This document shows, piece by piece, positions 28,486 to 43,466 of a stretch of 64,000 bases of DNA. Below the pieces are notes generated by a model. That model saw only the letters and a list, made by a program, of their open reading frames with translations. It ran no database searches and was not told the DNA's origin. Source of the DNA: Chrysomallon squamiferum (lineage: Eukaryota > Animalia > Mollusca); assembly GCA_012295275.1 (NCBI GenBank), contig CM022674.1, positions 5,332,001 through 5,396,000 of the forward strand, given 5' to 3'. How positions within the stretch are numbered: position 1 is the stretch's first letter; every line of letters starts with the position of its first letter. The translations under genes were made by a program, and so were the position numbers.

Positions 28486-28729
28486 TTAACATTTTACATC
28501 CAATCTTCAGACCGACTGATACCCATGCTTTTAGAAACTGCATTTCAAGATGAATTTGATTGTTGTATTAAATACAGTTGCAGTGCTCATCTAAGCTAAA
28601 ACACTTTGATTTATTCAATGAAAGTAGAAGACAGACTGTAGTATTAGTTATCAGTTGTGAAACATTATTTTAAATGTGTTTCACCTTTGGATCAAGACTT
28701 TATATATGTAAATATATGAACGTCTTTGT

Positions 28730-28780
<51 letters not shown>

Positions 28781-29797
28781 TATGTGAGTATATTTGAGAG
28801 CATATTTCAATATTATTAAAACAAACAATAGGTTTTATTCAAACACCAGTTTATTAAATACATTCATTGACAAATACATAAAAAAAAAAACATACACTCA
28901 GAATGGCTTATCTACTAATGACATCAAATTTCATAGATTTTTTAATATTTACTTTCTGATTTATATATGTTTATATAAGTTTTTCTTCTATAAATGTAAT
29001 TGAAAGTGTGTGAACGTTTAAAGCCCTGAGAGAGAGAGAGAGAATTTCTGATATTAAAATGGGTTCAGTTTCTTCAAAATAAAATTGAACAGCCTTTGGG
29101 TCTGCTCTATCATGTACAACTTCATGGTGAATCTTCGCAACAGAAAATAATATGTTAAATATTATTTATATATAAACAAACGTAAATTTAGGTGCCTAAC
29201 TTAAACATTATCAGTTCAATTATTTCATGAGAAAACTTCAATTAAACTTAAAACTTTTCTTTTGCAGACAAAGACACTGAATAAAGAGAAGTCTGCATGT
29301 TTCTAAAATTATGACGGAAACAAATCAAATTAATCCAAGAAAAACAAACTAATCAAATTGACTGTTTTTCCCCAATGTTTGGTGTCACTTTCTGTGTAAT
29401 AAACTTTCTTACTGCTAACAAAAAATATCAAAGTATAATCCAAGTTCTACCAGCTTCTCAACTAGGACGGGTAGGAAAGTTTTCAAATCAAAGCTAATAA
29501 AATACTACCTTCCACACCCTAACGTCTCATAATTACATTTGTTTATAGTGTCATCCCTTTCCTTAAATTTCAGATATTTTAAAATCTTTACAGATACATA
29601 TTTTAGCCGGTATATAGAATACTTAAGTCACTCTGTCTGTGTGTGTTTGTGTGTGTCTGTGTGTGTGTATGTGTTTGTGAGTGTGTGTGTGCGCGTACAA
29701 AAATAAGTATCAGTCTAAAGATAAATAGGTGTATGTATTTACACTTATAAATATCTGATCTATATCATAAATATAACAAAAGTACCATTTTATCAAT

Positions 29798-30220
29798 CTT
29801 GAGACGAAAGAGCAGTTGACGTGAATGAGAAGCGGAAAAATAAGGAATGAAGAAATACATGTAATTTTGTGTGTAACAGAGAGTTCGTGACAGCGAAACT
29901 GTTGCATTAAATGAAGAATGTGCGCGCATTTACAGAAAGTTCTGTTTACTACAGGAAGTATTATTCATTCAAAGTGCATGAATCAGTATGATGTGTAATA
30001 TACTAGTCCTGTTCCAATGCTTGTTTTTAATAAAGATTTTAAATTAAAAAAATGTATTTATTTTTTTCTTCAATATTTTAAGAGTTTTGATTATCAGTAA
30101 TAAACAGATGATGCGCATGATCAGTTATAAAGTGGGTAAATTGAATTCCTTGTTTTAACATCTCGTATCCAGTCTTAAGACCGACGGTATACCCTTGCTT
30201 TTACAAACTGCATTTCAAAA
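29798..30220 (+). repeat. Orphan BTB-gene 3' UTR/flank (remnant of a deleted copy) ending at an inversion junction
   Basis: CATTTTATCAATCTTGA joins directly to GACGAAAGAG of the 3' UTR; orientation flips at ~30221. Confidence 0.8.
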
Positions 30221-30807
30221 TGACACAGTGATATAAATATATATATTCCGACTAAAATATGTTTGTCTAAAGATTTTAAAATATCTTGAATTTAAGGAAA
30301 GGGTTGACACTATTAAAGAAATGTAATTATGAGACGTTAGGGTGGCGCTCCTTGTATTTTCAAAAATTTCCATTTGAAAATTTTCCTTTCCGTCCTAGAG
30401 GAAAAGCTTGTAGAACTTGGATTATACTTTGATATTTTTTGTTAGCAGTAATACTAAAACACTGGCGAAAACATTCAATTTGATTAGTATGTTTTTATAT
30501 TTAATTGATTTCTTTCCGTTATAGTTTTAGAAACATTCATACTTCTCTTTATTCAGTGTCTTTGTCTGCATAAGAAAAAGTTTAAAGTTTAACTGAAGTT
30601 TTCTCATAACTGGTAACGTTTAAGTTAGGCGACTAAATTTAGGTTTATTTATATAAATTATATTTAACATTTTATTTTCTGTTGGTGAGATTCACCATGG
30701 AGCTTTACACGACTTAGCAAAGACTAAAGGCTGTTCAATTTTATTTTGAAATTCACATTCTGTCTCTCTCTGATGTCATTAGCAGATAGGCCAGTCTGAG
30801 TGTAGTT

Positions 30808-30850
<43 letters not shown>

Positions 30851-31752
30851 ATCTGTTACTGAATGTATTTAATAAAGTGGTATTGCAATAAAACCTATTG
30901 TTTGTTTTAATTGTTTTAATAATATTGAAATGTGTACTCAAATATACTGACACACGCACACGTACACACATACACACACACACACACGAATAAAGACAAT
31001 CATATATTTACATATATAAAATCTTGGTTCCGAAGTGAAAGACATTTAAAATAATGTTTTACAACTCAGAAGTAATATTTCAATCTGTCGGCTAGTTTCA
31101 ATGAATAAATCAATGCGTTTTAGCTTATATGAGCACTGTAGCTGTATTTAATACAACAGACAAATTCATCTTGAAATGCAGTTTACAAAAGCAAGGATAT
31201 ACCGTCGGTCTGAAGATTGGATACGAGATGTTAAAAGAAGGAATTCAAGATTACCACTTTATTACTCTTCATGATCAGTTTGTTATTGATAAAGAAAAGA
31301 CTTGAAATATCGGAGAAGAAAACAAATACATTTTTATCTTTAAAATCTTTATTAAAAACAAGCATTTGAACAAGACCAGTATCTTACGCGTCAAACTGAT
31401 TGATGCACTTTGAATGAATAATACTTCCTGCAATAAACAGAACTTTCTGCAAATGCGCGCACATTCTTTATTTAATGCAACAGTTTCGTTTTCATGAACT
31501 CTCTGGTACACACAGAATTACATGTATTTCTTCATTCCTTATCTTTCCACTTCTCATTCACGTCAACTCCTCTTTCGTCTCACGAAGACGCGTCTTGACA
31601 GCACGTTTCGTTTTCGCTTCTTATTTTTCTTCACGTTTCTGTCTTGACGTTCAGTATGACTCGAGTCAGAAGAGCTCCGACGTGTTTGTCACGTGATACG
31701 GTGACCTCAGGAGGTCACGTGATCGGTTCTCAGAGGATAAAAATAATAATTT

Positions 31753-32303
31753 TCAATGATCACTTCTAGAAATCTGAATAGAAATATAAAAGAAAAAATA
31801 ATTAATTTGTTGTTTTTAAATTTCAGCGAAGAAAATATTTTGATAAAATCAGTATATTGGGATTTATTTTATTTTAATCAGTAATTATAATACATCGATT
31901 CAAAAAGACATAAAAAGAAATAATAATAAGTATCTATGTTTGATAGATATTTGAATATCTGTAACATACACACCTCTATAATCAATTTCTGGGCTGCTTT
32001 CTTTTTACTATATTTAGAACATGACGCCAGCAAGTCGGCAATCTGACTTTTGCTCTTTAAACGACAAGCAAAATCCCAGCATGCTTTGCTCAGATCTTTC
32101 AGTTCAAATTCTGAAGCAGCACACAAGAGACCTGGAATACGTTCAAAATAATTAATATTCATTTATCAGAAATAAAGCAATCACTTAACAACTTAATACT
32201 CATTTAAATGAAATATTACAAAGTGTTAACTAATTAATATTCATTTACCTTGTGAAATTTTAACTAATCAAGAATCATTATTTGAAATGGTACAATTATT
32301 CCA

Positions 32304-32362
<59 letters not shown>

Positions 32363-33359
32363 ATAATCTTTTTTTACTTACCAACAACAACTTTGACGTC
32401 TACTTTCACCTTTCCACAGTGCAGAAACGTGACCAAGCTGCGGAAGACGTCGATGTCGTAATCTGGGATTGGAATGGTCAGGTCACTGCTTTGATGTTTG
32501 GATTTTGACTTTTTCTTTGATAGTTCTTCAGTAGATTTGCGCTGGTGATACAGTATCAGCTGATAGAAAACTCTGTTTTAAAATAAACAAACAAACAATG
32601 AGAAAAGGATCTTATAAAATAACATATACCTTGACACATTAACTAACAACACATACTAACTATTAAGCACATTACTAGTAACTTTCAGAAATGACGGGCT
32701 TTTTTAGTGTTGTTATATTTGTTCTAAATTCGATGACTGATGAAAAATATTTTTATTTCTCTCCCCGAGTCCTAGTTTAGTTCTTTTTAAAGATAAAATT
32801 AATGAAAAACAAAAGATTTTAAAATTTCATTGAAAATTAAAAAATAGAATTTTACCTGCTACGCGTAGCCATGATAGCTTTCACTCCATAAACAGGAAAT
32901 CGTTCTTTGCCCACCAGGAACATGACGTCACACAGTTCAGACATCGTGATGACGTACTTCAGACTGTCACACAGTCCGTTCGTGTTGCTAAACATCATTA
33001 TCTCCCCTAAAGCACTAGATGGTTGGCAGGCGGGTTTAGAGTGATTGACACCGATACAACAACCAGAATCGTCAGATTCGTATCCCGTACTGGAATCTGT
33101 AAAATAAATTGAATAAAATGAACGTTACAGAGAATTGAATGCATCATTTTTACGAACATTAATATAACTAGATTGGAGAAAAGAAAGAAAGAAAGAATAA
33201 AAGAAAGAAAGAAAGAAATCAAGAATATAAAAAAATGAAAGTATACATTTTACTTAAAGAATAAGTACCGTTAGCAATATCATTTTCAGTTCCACATTCG
33301 AAGTCGTTACTCAAAACATCGCCGTCTAACAAACACGCTCTTGAAGTCCAGCTTTCCAT
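31753..33359 (-). CDS. BTB/POZ protein copy 8 (inverted); exons 33359-33269, 33096-32856, 32572-32382, 32131-31974, 31773-31753
   Basis: Reverse-complement copy with identical exon lengths (91/241/191/158/21) and an open frame. Confidence 0.9.
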
Positions 33360-33704
33360 GACAAAGTGTAGATATTTAGAAGTGAACGATGTGATAACTT
33401 GAAGAAGAATGATGACATATTTCAACGACTGTTGCGTTTTATAAATTACAGACGTGTCATAAGTTAACTATTTTAATTAGGAGATGTTAAAATCACGTGA
33501 TAATCTGTAGACACTGAGTAACGTGTTGTTATAACAACACACAGGCACGAGACTGGCACGTGACAGTGAGAATTGAAGAGTGAGATTACTGGATTATTAA
33601 TTAAGGTTCTAACAGGATTATCAATTAGAAATGCTAATTTGTATTATTAAACCAATACTCAGGTTCAACTGAACTTTACTTACACTTAAATCTGTGTCAT
33701 TTAA

Positions 33705-34843
33705 GAAAACGAAACGTGCTGTCAAGACGCGTCTTCGTGAGACGAAAGAGGAGTTGACGTGAATGAGAAGTGGAAAGATAAGGAATGAAGAAATACATGT
33801 AATTCTGTGTGTAACAGACAGTTCGTGAAAGCGAAACTGTTGCATTAAATGAAGAATGTGCGCGCATTTACAGAAAGTTCTGTTTATTGCAGGAAGTATT
33901 ATTCATTCAACGTGCATCAATCAGTATGACGTGTAATATACTAGTCTTGTTGAAATGCATGTTTTTAATAAAGATTTTAAATAATAATACTGTATTTGTT
34001 TTCTTTTTCGTTATCTTAAGTGTTTTCATTATCAGTTATAAACGCATGATGCCCATATTATTGGATGGTATGTTCCCAAAACTGGCAGTCTCCAGATTAG
34101 GTAAGCGGTGAGGTATTGTAATCCGCTTCCAGAAATGTGAAATCTGGCGTGAGCAATTAAGGCCAATTTAGACGCATGGGGATAACAAGATGTTTGAAGA
34201 ACAGATTAACAAGATTAACCTTAATAAGCAATGAAGAGCAGAGGTGTACCGGAATAGAGATTTCAAGAAAATTAATGTTTGGAGACATGAAATTAATGTT
34301 ATATCTCTCAGTAAAATTTGGAGACAGGAAATACTACCAGAAGACAAGCACAAGCTGTACAGCTGGGATTGGACTACGTCACGTGTACCCAGGACATGGC
34401 TTCCTACTTGTCATCTTGCAGTGGAGTGCTTTCTGGGACATTTCATGTGTAAAGTGTGACTGAATTGCTTTTAAATTGTGGACAAAATACTATTTCACAA
34501 AAGTACATCAATTAAGGCGAGGGCCCATCATTAAGGTGATGGAATACCAATTAGTAATAAACTGCCAGAAATGGAACAACTGGCGTGTCCAATTAAGATG
34601 TGTTATAATCGGGAATAAACCGTGTAATATACTAGTCTTGTTCAAATGCTTTTTTTTTTAATAAGCTTTTAAATAAAAATTGTTTTTGTTCTCTTCTTCG
34701 TTAAGTGTTTTCATTATCAGTAACAAAGGTATCATGCTCATGATGAGTTATAAAATGGGTAACTTGAATTCCTTCTGTTGACATCTCGTATCCAATCTTC
34801 AGACCGACGGTATACCCTTGCTTTTGCAAACAGGATTTCAAAA
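33705..34843 (+). repeat. Orphan plus-strand 3' UTR copy with ~560-bp foreign insert (34059-34620)
   Basis: GAAAACGAAACGTGCTGTCAAGACGCGTCTT...AATAAA in + orientation between two minus-strand genes. Confidence 0.85.
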
Positions 34844-36299
34844 TTACAAAATGATATAAATATACTATATTCCGGCTAAAATATGTATCTCTAAAGATTT
34901 TAAAATATCTGCTATTTCAGGAAAGGGATGACACTATTAAATAAATGTAATTATGAGATGTTAGGGTGAGGCAGGTTTTATTTTATGAGCTTCCATTTGA
35001 AAATTTTCTTTCCAGTCCTAAAGGAGAAGCTTGTAGAACTTGGATTATACTTTGATATTTTTTGTTAGCAATAATAAAGTTTATATCAAAGAAAGTGACA
35101 TCAAACTTGAATTTTACTAAAACACTGGCGAAAACAGTCAACTTGATTAGTATGTTTTTTATATTTAATTGATTTGTTTCCTTCATAGTTTTAGAAACGT
35201 TCATACTTCTCTTTACTTAGAGTCTTTGTCTGCATAAGAAAAAGTTTAATTGAAGTTTTCTCATAACTGCTAATGTTTAAGTTAGACGCCTAAATTTAGG
35301 TTTATTTATATAAATTATATTTAAGATATTATTTTCTGTTGGGGAGATTCACCATGGAGCTGTACATGACTTAGCAAAGACCAAAGGCTTTTCAGTTTTA
35401 TTTTGAAGAAACTTCTTCCATTTTTACGTCAGAAATTCACATTCTGTCTCTCTCTGATGTCATTAGGATATAGGCCATTCAGAGTGTGTGTGTTTTTTAT
35501 ACGTATCTGTTACATAATGTATTTAATAAACTGGTGTTGGAATAAAATCTATTGTTTGTTTTAATTTTTTTAATAATATTGAAAATTTGTACTCAAATAT
35601 ACTCACACACGAACACGGACACACATACACAGACACACGAACAAAGACAATCATATATTTACACATGTAAAATCTTGGTTCCGAAGTGAAAGACATTAAA
35701 AATAATGTTTCACAACTGATATCTAATACTACAACCTGTCTTCTAGTTTCAATATATTCTAGCTTTGATAAGCACTGTAACTGTATTTAATACAACAATC
35801 AAATTCATTTTTAAATGCGGTTTCAAAAGCAAGCGTATACTGTCTGTAAAATATCGAAGAAGAAAACAAATACATTTTTTTAAATTGAAATCTTTATTAA
35901 AAACAAGCATTTGAACAAACAAGACTAATATATTAAGTCATACTGATTGACGCACGTTCAATGAATAATACATCCTGCAATAAACAGAACTTTCTGTAAA
36001 TGCGCTCACATTCTTTATTTAATGCAACAGTTTCGCTTTCACGAACTCTCTGTTACACACAGAACTACATGTACTTCTTCATTCCTTATCTTTCCACTTC
36101 TCATTCACGTCAACTCCTCTTTCGTCTCACGAAGACGCGTCTTGACAGCACGTTTCGTTTTCGCTTTTTATTTTTCTTCACGTTTCTGTCTTGACGTTCA
36201 GTATGACTCGAGTCAGAAGAGCTCCGACGTGTTTGTCACGTGATACGGTGACCTCAGGCGGTCATGTGATCAGTTCTCAGAGGATAAAAATGATCATTT

Positions 36300-36903
36300 T
36301 CAGTGATCACTTCTAGAAATCTGAATAGAAAGATTAAAGAAATGGTTTAATTTTTTGCTTTTAAATTTCAGTGACCAAATCGCTTTGATAAAATCAATAG
36401 ATTAGGCTTTTTCGTTAATTTAATGAGTAAGTACAATGCATTGATCCAAACAGTTGGATTTAAAAAAAAAAATAATAATAATAATAGTTGTCTATGTTCA
36501 ATAGATATTTGAATATCTGTAACATACACACCTCTATAATCAATTTCTGGGCTGCTTTCTTTTTACTATATTTAGAACATGACGTCAGCAAGTCGGCTGT
36601 CTGACTTTTGCTCTTTAAACGACGAGAAAAATCCCAGCATGCTTTGCTCAGATCTTTCAGTTCATACTCTGAAGCAGCACACAAGAGACCTGGAACAGAT
36701 TAAAAATAATTAATATTAATTTATCTGAAACAAAGCAATCAGTTAACAACTTAATACTCATTGATATGAAATACTATTAACTAATTAATAGTTATTTATG
36801 TGAAATATTAACAAATTAATCATCATTTGTCTGCTGAACTATTAATTAAGAATCATTATAATGAACATTTAAAATTATTACAATTATTATGATTATGATT
36901 ATG

Positions 36904-36944
<41 letters not shown>

Positions 36945-37911
36945 ATAATCTTTTTTTACTTACCAACAACAACTTTGACGTCCACCTTCACCTTTCCACA
37001 GTGCAGAAACGTGACCAAGCTGCGGAAGACGTCGATGTCGTAATCTGGGATTGGAATGGTCAGGTGACTGCTTTGACGTTTGGATTTTGATTTCTTCTTT
37101 GATAGTTCTTCAGTAGATTTGCGCTGGTGATACAGTATCAGCTGATAGAAAACTCTGTTTTAAAATACACAAATAAACAATTAGAAAAGGATCTTATAAA
37201 ATAACATATACTTTAACACATTAACTAACAAGACACACTAACTATTAAGCACATCACTAGTAACTTTCAGAAATGACGTGTTTTTTTAGTGTTATTTTTT
37301 CTTCTGTATTCGACCACTGATTATAAATATATTTATTTCTCTCCCCGAGTTAATTCAGTTAATTCTCTTTAAAGGTAAAGAAATATTTAAAATTTTACTG
37401 AAAATAAAAAAATAGAATTTTACCTGCTACGGGTAGCCATGATAGCTTTCACTCCATAAACAGGAACTCGTTCTTTGCCCACCAGGAACATGACGTCACA
37501 CAGTTCAGACATCGTGATGACGTACTTCAGACTGTCACACAGTCCGTTCGTGTTGCTAAACATCATTATCTCCCCTGAACCACTAGATGGTTGGCAGGCG
37601 GGGTTAGAGTGATTGACACCGATACAACAACCAGAATCGTCAGATTCGTATCCCGAACTGGAATCTGTAAAATAAATTGAATAAGATGAACGTTACATAG
37701 AAATGAATACCTCATTTTTTTTATTATTAAACATCGAACGTTAAGATACCTAGACAGGGAAAAAAATTTAACAATGTACAAAACAAACGAAAGTATTCTT
37801 TTTACTTAAAGGATAAGTACCGTTAGCAATGTCATTTTCTGTTCCACATTCGAAGTCGTTACTCAAAACATCGCCGTCTAACAAACACGCTCTTGAAGTC
37901 CAGCTTTCCAT
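36300..37911 (-). CDS. BTB/POZ protein copy 9 (inverted, intact)
   Basis: ATG at 37911-37909, stop at 36302-36300, same five exons. Confidence 0.9.
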
Positions 37912-39141
37912 GACAAAGTGTAGATATTCAGAAGTGAACGATGTGATAACTTGAAGAAGAATGATGACATATTTCAACGACTGTTGCGTTTTATAAACAC
38001 CAGACGTGTCAAAAGTTAACTTTTTTAATTAGGAGATATTTAAATCACGTGACACTCTGTAGACACTGAGTAACGTGTTGTTATAACAACAGTCAGGCAC
38101 GCGACTGGCACGTGACAGTGAGAAGTGTAGAGTGAGATTACTGGATCATTAATTAAGGTTCTAACAGGATTATCAATCAAAAATGCTGACTGATATTATT
38201 AAACCTATACTCAGGTTCAACTGATCTTTACTTACACTGAAACCTGAGGTATTTAAGGTACGCTATATAAATACAAATACAAAACGGATAAAATGGTACA
38301 TTTGTTATTTTTAAAGATTTACATCAGATATTTATCCCACCTGTATATCTATAGATTCATACTTATTTTTATACGCGCGCACACACACACACACACACGC
38401 ACACACAGACGCACACACATACAAACACATACATACACATATACGCGCACACACAGACACACACACATATACACGCACACACAGACACACACACACACAC
38501 ATATAAGCGCGCACACACACACACACACACACACATAAACACACACACACAGTGACATAAGTATTCTTTAAACCTGCTAAAATATGTATCTCTAAACATT
38601 TTAAAACATCTGGAATTGAAGGAAAGGGTTGACACTACTAAAATATGTAATTTTGAGATGTTAGTGTGGGGAACGTTGTATTTTCTTAGTTTCATTTGAA
38701 AACTTTCCTTCCCGTCCTAGAGGAAATCCTGATAAAACTTGAATTATACTTTAATATTTTTTATTAGCACTAATAAAGTTTTTTCGTAGAAAGGGACATC
38801 AACGTTTGAATTTTAGTGAAAACTGGCGAAAACAGTCAATTTGTTTAGTTTGGTTTTTTAGATTAAATTGATTTGTTTCTTCATAATATTAGAAATATTC
38901 TTAATTCATTTTAATCCCTGTCTTTCATAAGAAAAAGTATAAAGTTTAATTTAAGTTTTGTAATGAAATAATGGAACTGATAACTTTTAAGTTAGCCGCC
39001 TCAATTTAGGTTTGTTTATATAAATTATATTTAACATTTTATTTTCTGTTGGTGAAGTTCACAAGGGATCTGTACAGAACTGAGCAAAGAACAAAGGCTG
39101 TTAACTTTTATTTAAAAAAAAATCAAAACGTTTTAATGTTA

Positions 39142-39256
<115 letters not shown>

Positions 39257-40319
39257 GCCTTTAAATGTACCAACACTTAAAATTATATTTACGGAAGAAA
39301 CTCTTAAATAAACATATACAAATTACGAAGTCTTATTAAAAAACAATGAAATTTTATTTTTTGATGTCATTAGTAGATAGGCCAGTCTCAGTGTAGTTTT
39401 TTTTTATGTATCTGTTACTGAATGTATTTAATAAACTGGTGTTGCAATAAAACCTATTGTTTGTTTTAATTGTTTTAATAAAACTGAAATGTGTACTCAA
39501 ATATACTGACACACGCACACGTACACACGCACATGCACACACACACACACACGAACAAAGACGTTCGTATATTTGAATATATAAAATCTTTGTTCAGAAG
39601 CGAAAGACATTTAAAATAATGTTTTTCAACTCAGAAGTAATATTTGAATCTGTCGGCTAGTTTCAATGAATAAATCAATGAGTTTTAGCTTAGATGAGCA
39701 CTGTAGCTGTATTTAATACAACAGTCAAATTCATTTTTTGAAATGCAGTTTGCAAAAGCAAGGGTATACCCTCGGTCTGAAGATTGGATACGAGATGTTA
39801 AAAGAAGGAATTCAGGTTACCCACTTTACAACTCATCATGATCAGTTTGTTATTGATAAAGAAAAGACTTGAAATATCGGAGAAGAAAACAAATACATTT
39901 TTATCTTTAAAATCTTTATTAAAAACAAGCATTTGAACAAGACTAGTATATTACACTTCATACTGATTGATGCACTTTGAATGAATAATACTTATTGCAA
40001 TAAGCAGAACTTTCTCCAAATGCGCTCACATTCTTCATTTAATGCAACATTTTCGCTTTCACGAACTCTCTGTTACACACACAATTACATGTATTTCTTC
40101 ATTCCTTATCTTTCCACTTCTCATTCACGTCAACTCCTCTTTCGTCTCACGAAGACGCGTCTTGACAGCACGTTTCGTTTTCGCTTTTTATTTTTCTTCA
40201 CGTTTCTGTCTTGACGTTCAGAATGACTCGAGTCAGAACAGCTCCGACGTGTTTGTTACGTGATACGGTGACCTCAGGCGGTCACGTGATCGGTTCTCAG
40301 AGGATAAAAATAATCCTTT

Positions 40320-40914
40320 TCAGTGATCACTTCTAGAAATCTGAATAGAAAGATTAAAGAAATGGTTTAATTTTTTGTTTTTAAATTTCAGTGAACAAAT
40401 CGTTTTGATAAAATCAATAGATCAGGTTTTTTCGTTAATTTAATGAGTAAGTACAATGCATCGAACCAAACAGTTGGATTAAAAAAAAAAAAAAAGATAA
40501 TAATAATAATTATCTGTGTTCAATAGATATTTGAATATCTGTAACATACACACCTCTATAATCAATTTCTGGGCTGCTTTCTTTTTACTATATTTAGAAC
40601 ATGACGTCAGCAAGTCGGCAATCTGACTTTTGCTCTTTAAACGACGAGCAAAATCCCAGCATGCTTTGCTCAGATCTTTCAGTTCATACTCTGAAGCAGC
40701 ACACAAGAGACCTGGAACAGATTAAAAATAATTAATATTCATTTATCTGAAACAAAGCAATCAGTTAACAACTTAATATTCATTGATATGAAATGTTGTT
40801 AACTAAAATAGTTATTTATTTATTTAAAATATTAACAAAATATTAATCAAAATTTAACAAATTAATTAAGAATCCTGTCTGAATTTGAACATTTAAAGAA
40901 TTACAATTATTATG

Positions 40915-40976
<62 letters not shown>

Positions 40977-41980
40977 ATAATCTTTTTTTACTTACCAACA
41001 ACAACTTTGACGTCCACCTTCACCTTTCCACAGTGCAGAAACGTGACCAAGCTGCGGAAGACGTCGATGTCGTAATCTGGGATTGGAATGGTCAGGTGAC
41101 TGCTTTGATGTTTGGATTTTGACTTTTTCTTTGATAGTTCTTCAGTAGATTTGCGCTGGTGATACAGTATCAGCTGATAGAAAACTCTGTTTTAAAATAC
41201 ACAAACAAACAATGAGAAAAAAATCTTATAAATTAACATATATTTTAACACATTAACTAACAGCACACACTAACTATTAAGCACATTACTAGTAACTTTC
41301 AGAAATGACGTTTTACATTTTTTTCTTAATGTTAGTTTTTTTATTCTAAATTCGATCACTGATGAGAAATATATTTATTTCTCTCCCCGAGTCGTCCTAG
41401 TCTAGATCTTTTCAAAGATAAAATTAACGACATTTCTTTTTTTAAAATTTTACTGAAAATTAAAAAATAGAATTTTACCTGCTACGCGTAGCCATGATAG
41501 CTTTCACTCCATAAACGGGAACTCGTTCTTTGCCCACCAGGAACATGACGTCACACAGTTCAGACATCGTGATGACGTACTTCAGACTGTCACACAGTCC
41601 GTTCGTGTTGCTAAACATCATTATCTCCCCTGAAGCACTAGATGGTTGGCAGGCGGAGTTAGAGTGATTGACACCGATACAACAACCAGAATCGTCAGAT
41701 TCGTATCCCGAACTGGAATCTGTAAAATAAATTGAATAAGATGAACGTTACAGAGAATTGAATACATACTTTTCTTCATTATTAAAGAAAAAACATTAAG
41801 ATAACTAGAAAGGGGGAAAAAAATCAATAAAAAAATCAACAATATACAAAAAAATATGAAAATATTCATTTTACTTAAAGAATAAGTACCGTTAGCAATG
41901 TCATTTTCAGTTCCACATTCGAAGTCGTTACTCAAAACATCGCCGTCTAACAAACACGCTCTTGAAGTCCAGCTTTCCAT
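40320..41980 (-). CDS. BTB/POZ protein copy 10 (inverted, intact)
   Basis: ATG at 41980-41978, stop at 40322-40320, same five exons. Confidence 0.9.
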
Positions 41981-42323
41981 GACAAAGTGTAGATATTTAG
42001 AAGTGAACGATGTGATAACTTGAAGAAGAATGATGACATATTTCAACGACTGTTGCGTTTTATAAATTACAGACGTGTCAAAAGTTAACTGTTTTAATTA
42101 GGAGATATTTAAATCACGTGACACTGTAGACACTGAGTAACGTGTTGTTATAACAACAGTCAGGCACGAGACTGGCACGTGACAGTGAGAATTGAAGAGT
42201 GAGATTACTGGATTATTAATTAAGGTTCTAACAGGATTATCAATTAAAAATGCTGATTTGTATTATTAAACCAATACTCAGGTTCAACTGAACTTTACTT
42301 ACACTTAAATCTGTGTCATTTAA

Positions 42324-43466
42324 GAAAACGAAACGTGCTGTCAAGACGCGTCTTCGTGAGACGAAAGAGGAGTTGACGTGAATGAGAAGTGGAAAGATAA
42401 GGAATGAAGAAATACATGTAATTCTGTGTGTAACAGACAGTTCGTGAAAGCGAAACTGTTGCATTAAATAAAGAATGTGCGCGAATTTACGGAAAGTTCT
42501 GTTTATTGCAAGAAGTATTATTCATTCAAAGTGGATCAATCAGTATGAGGTGTAATATACTAGTCCTGTTCAAATGCTTGTTTTTAATAAAGATTTTAAA
42601 TAATAATAATGTATTTGTTTCCTTCTTCGTTATCTTAAGTGTTTTCATTATCAGTAATAAACGCATGATGCCCATGTTATTGGATGGTATGTTCCCAAAA
42701 CTGGCAGTCTCCAGATTAGATAAGCGGTGGTGTGTTGTAATCCGCTTCCAGAAATGTGAAATCTGGCGTGAGCAATTAAGGCCAATTTAGACCCATTGGG
42801 ATAACAAGATGTTTGAAGAACAGATTAACAAGATTAACCTTAATGAGCAGTGAAGAGCAGAGGTGTACCGGAATGGAGATTTCAAGAAAATTAATGTTTG
42901 GAGACATGAAATTAATGTTATATTTCTCAGTAAAATTTGGAGACAGGGAATACTACCAGAAGGGAAGCACAAACTCTTCCAGCTGGGACTGCAGTACGTC
43001 ACGTGTACCCGGGACATGGCTTCCTATTTGTCAGCTTGCAGTGGAGTGCTTTCTGTGACATTTCATGTGTAAAGTGTGACTGAATGTGCTTTCAAATTGT
43101 CGACAAAGTACTATTTCGCAAAAGTACATCAATTAATGCGAGTGCCCATGATTAAGGTGATGGAATACCAATTAGTAATAAACTGCCAGAAATGGAACAA
43201 CTGGCGTGTCCAATTAAGATGTGTTATAATCGGGAATAAACCGTGTAATATACTAATCTTGTTCAAATGCTTTTTTTTAATAAAGTTTTTAAATACAAAT
43301 TGTTTTTGTTCTCTTCTTCGTTAAGTGTTTTCATTATCAATAAAAAAAAACGGATGATGCTCATGATGAGTTATAAAGTCGGTAACTTGAATTGCTTCTT
43401 TTTACATCTCGTATCCAATCTTCAGACCGACGGTATATCCTTGCTTTTGCAAACAGGATTTCAAAA
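42324..43466 (+). repeat. Orphan plus-strand 3' UTR copy with the same foreign insert (~42679-43242)
   Basis: Paralogous to 33705-34843 with the same junctions. Confidence 0.85.
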
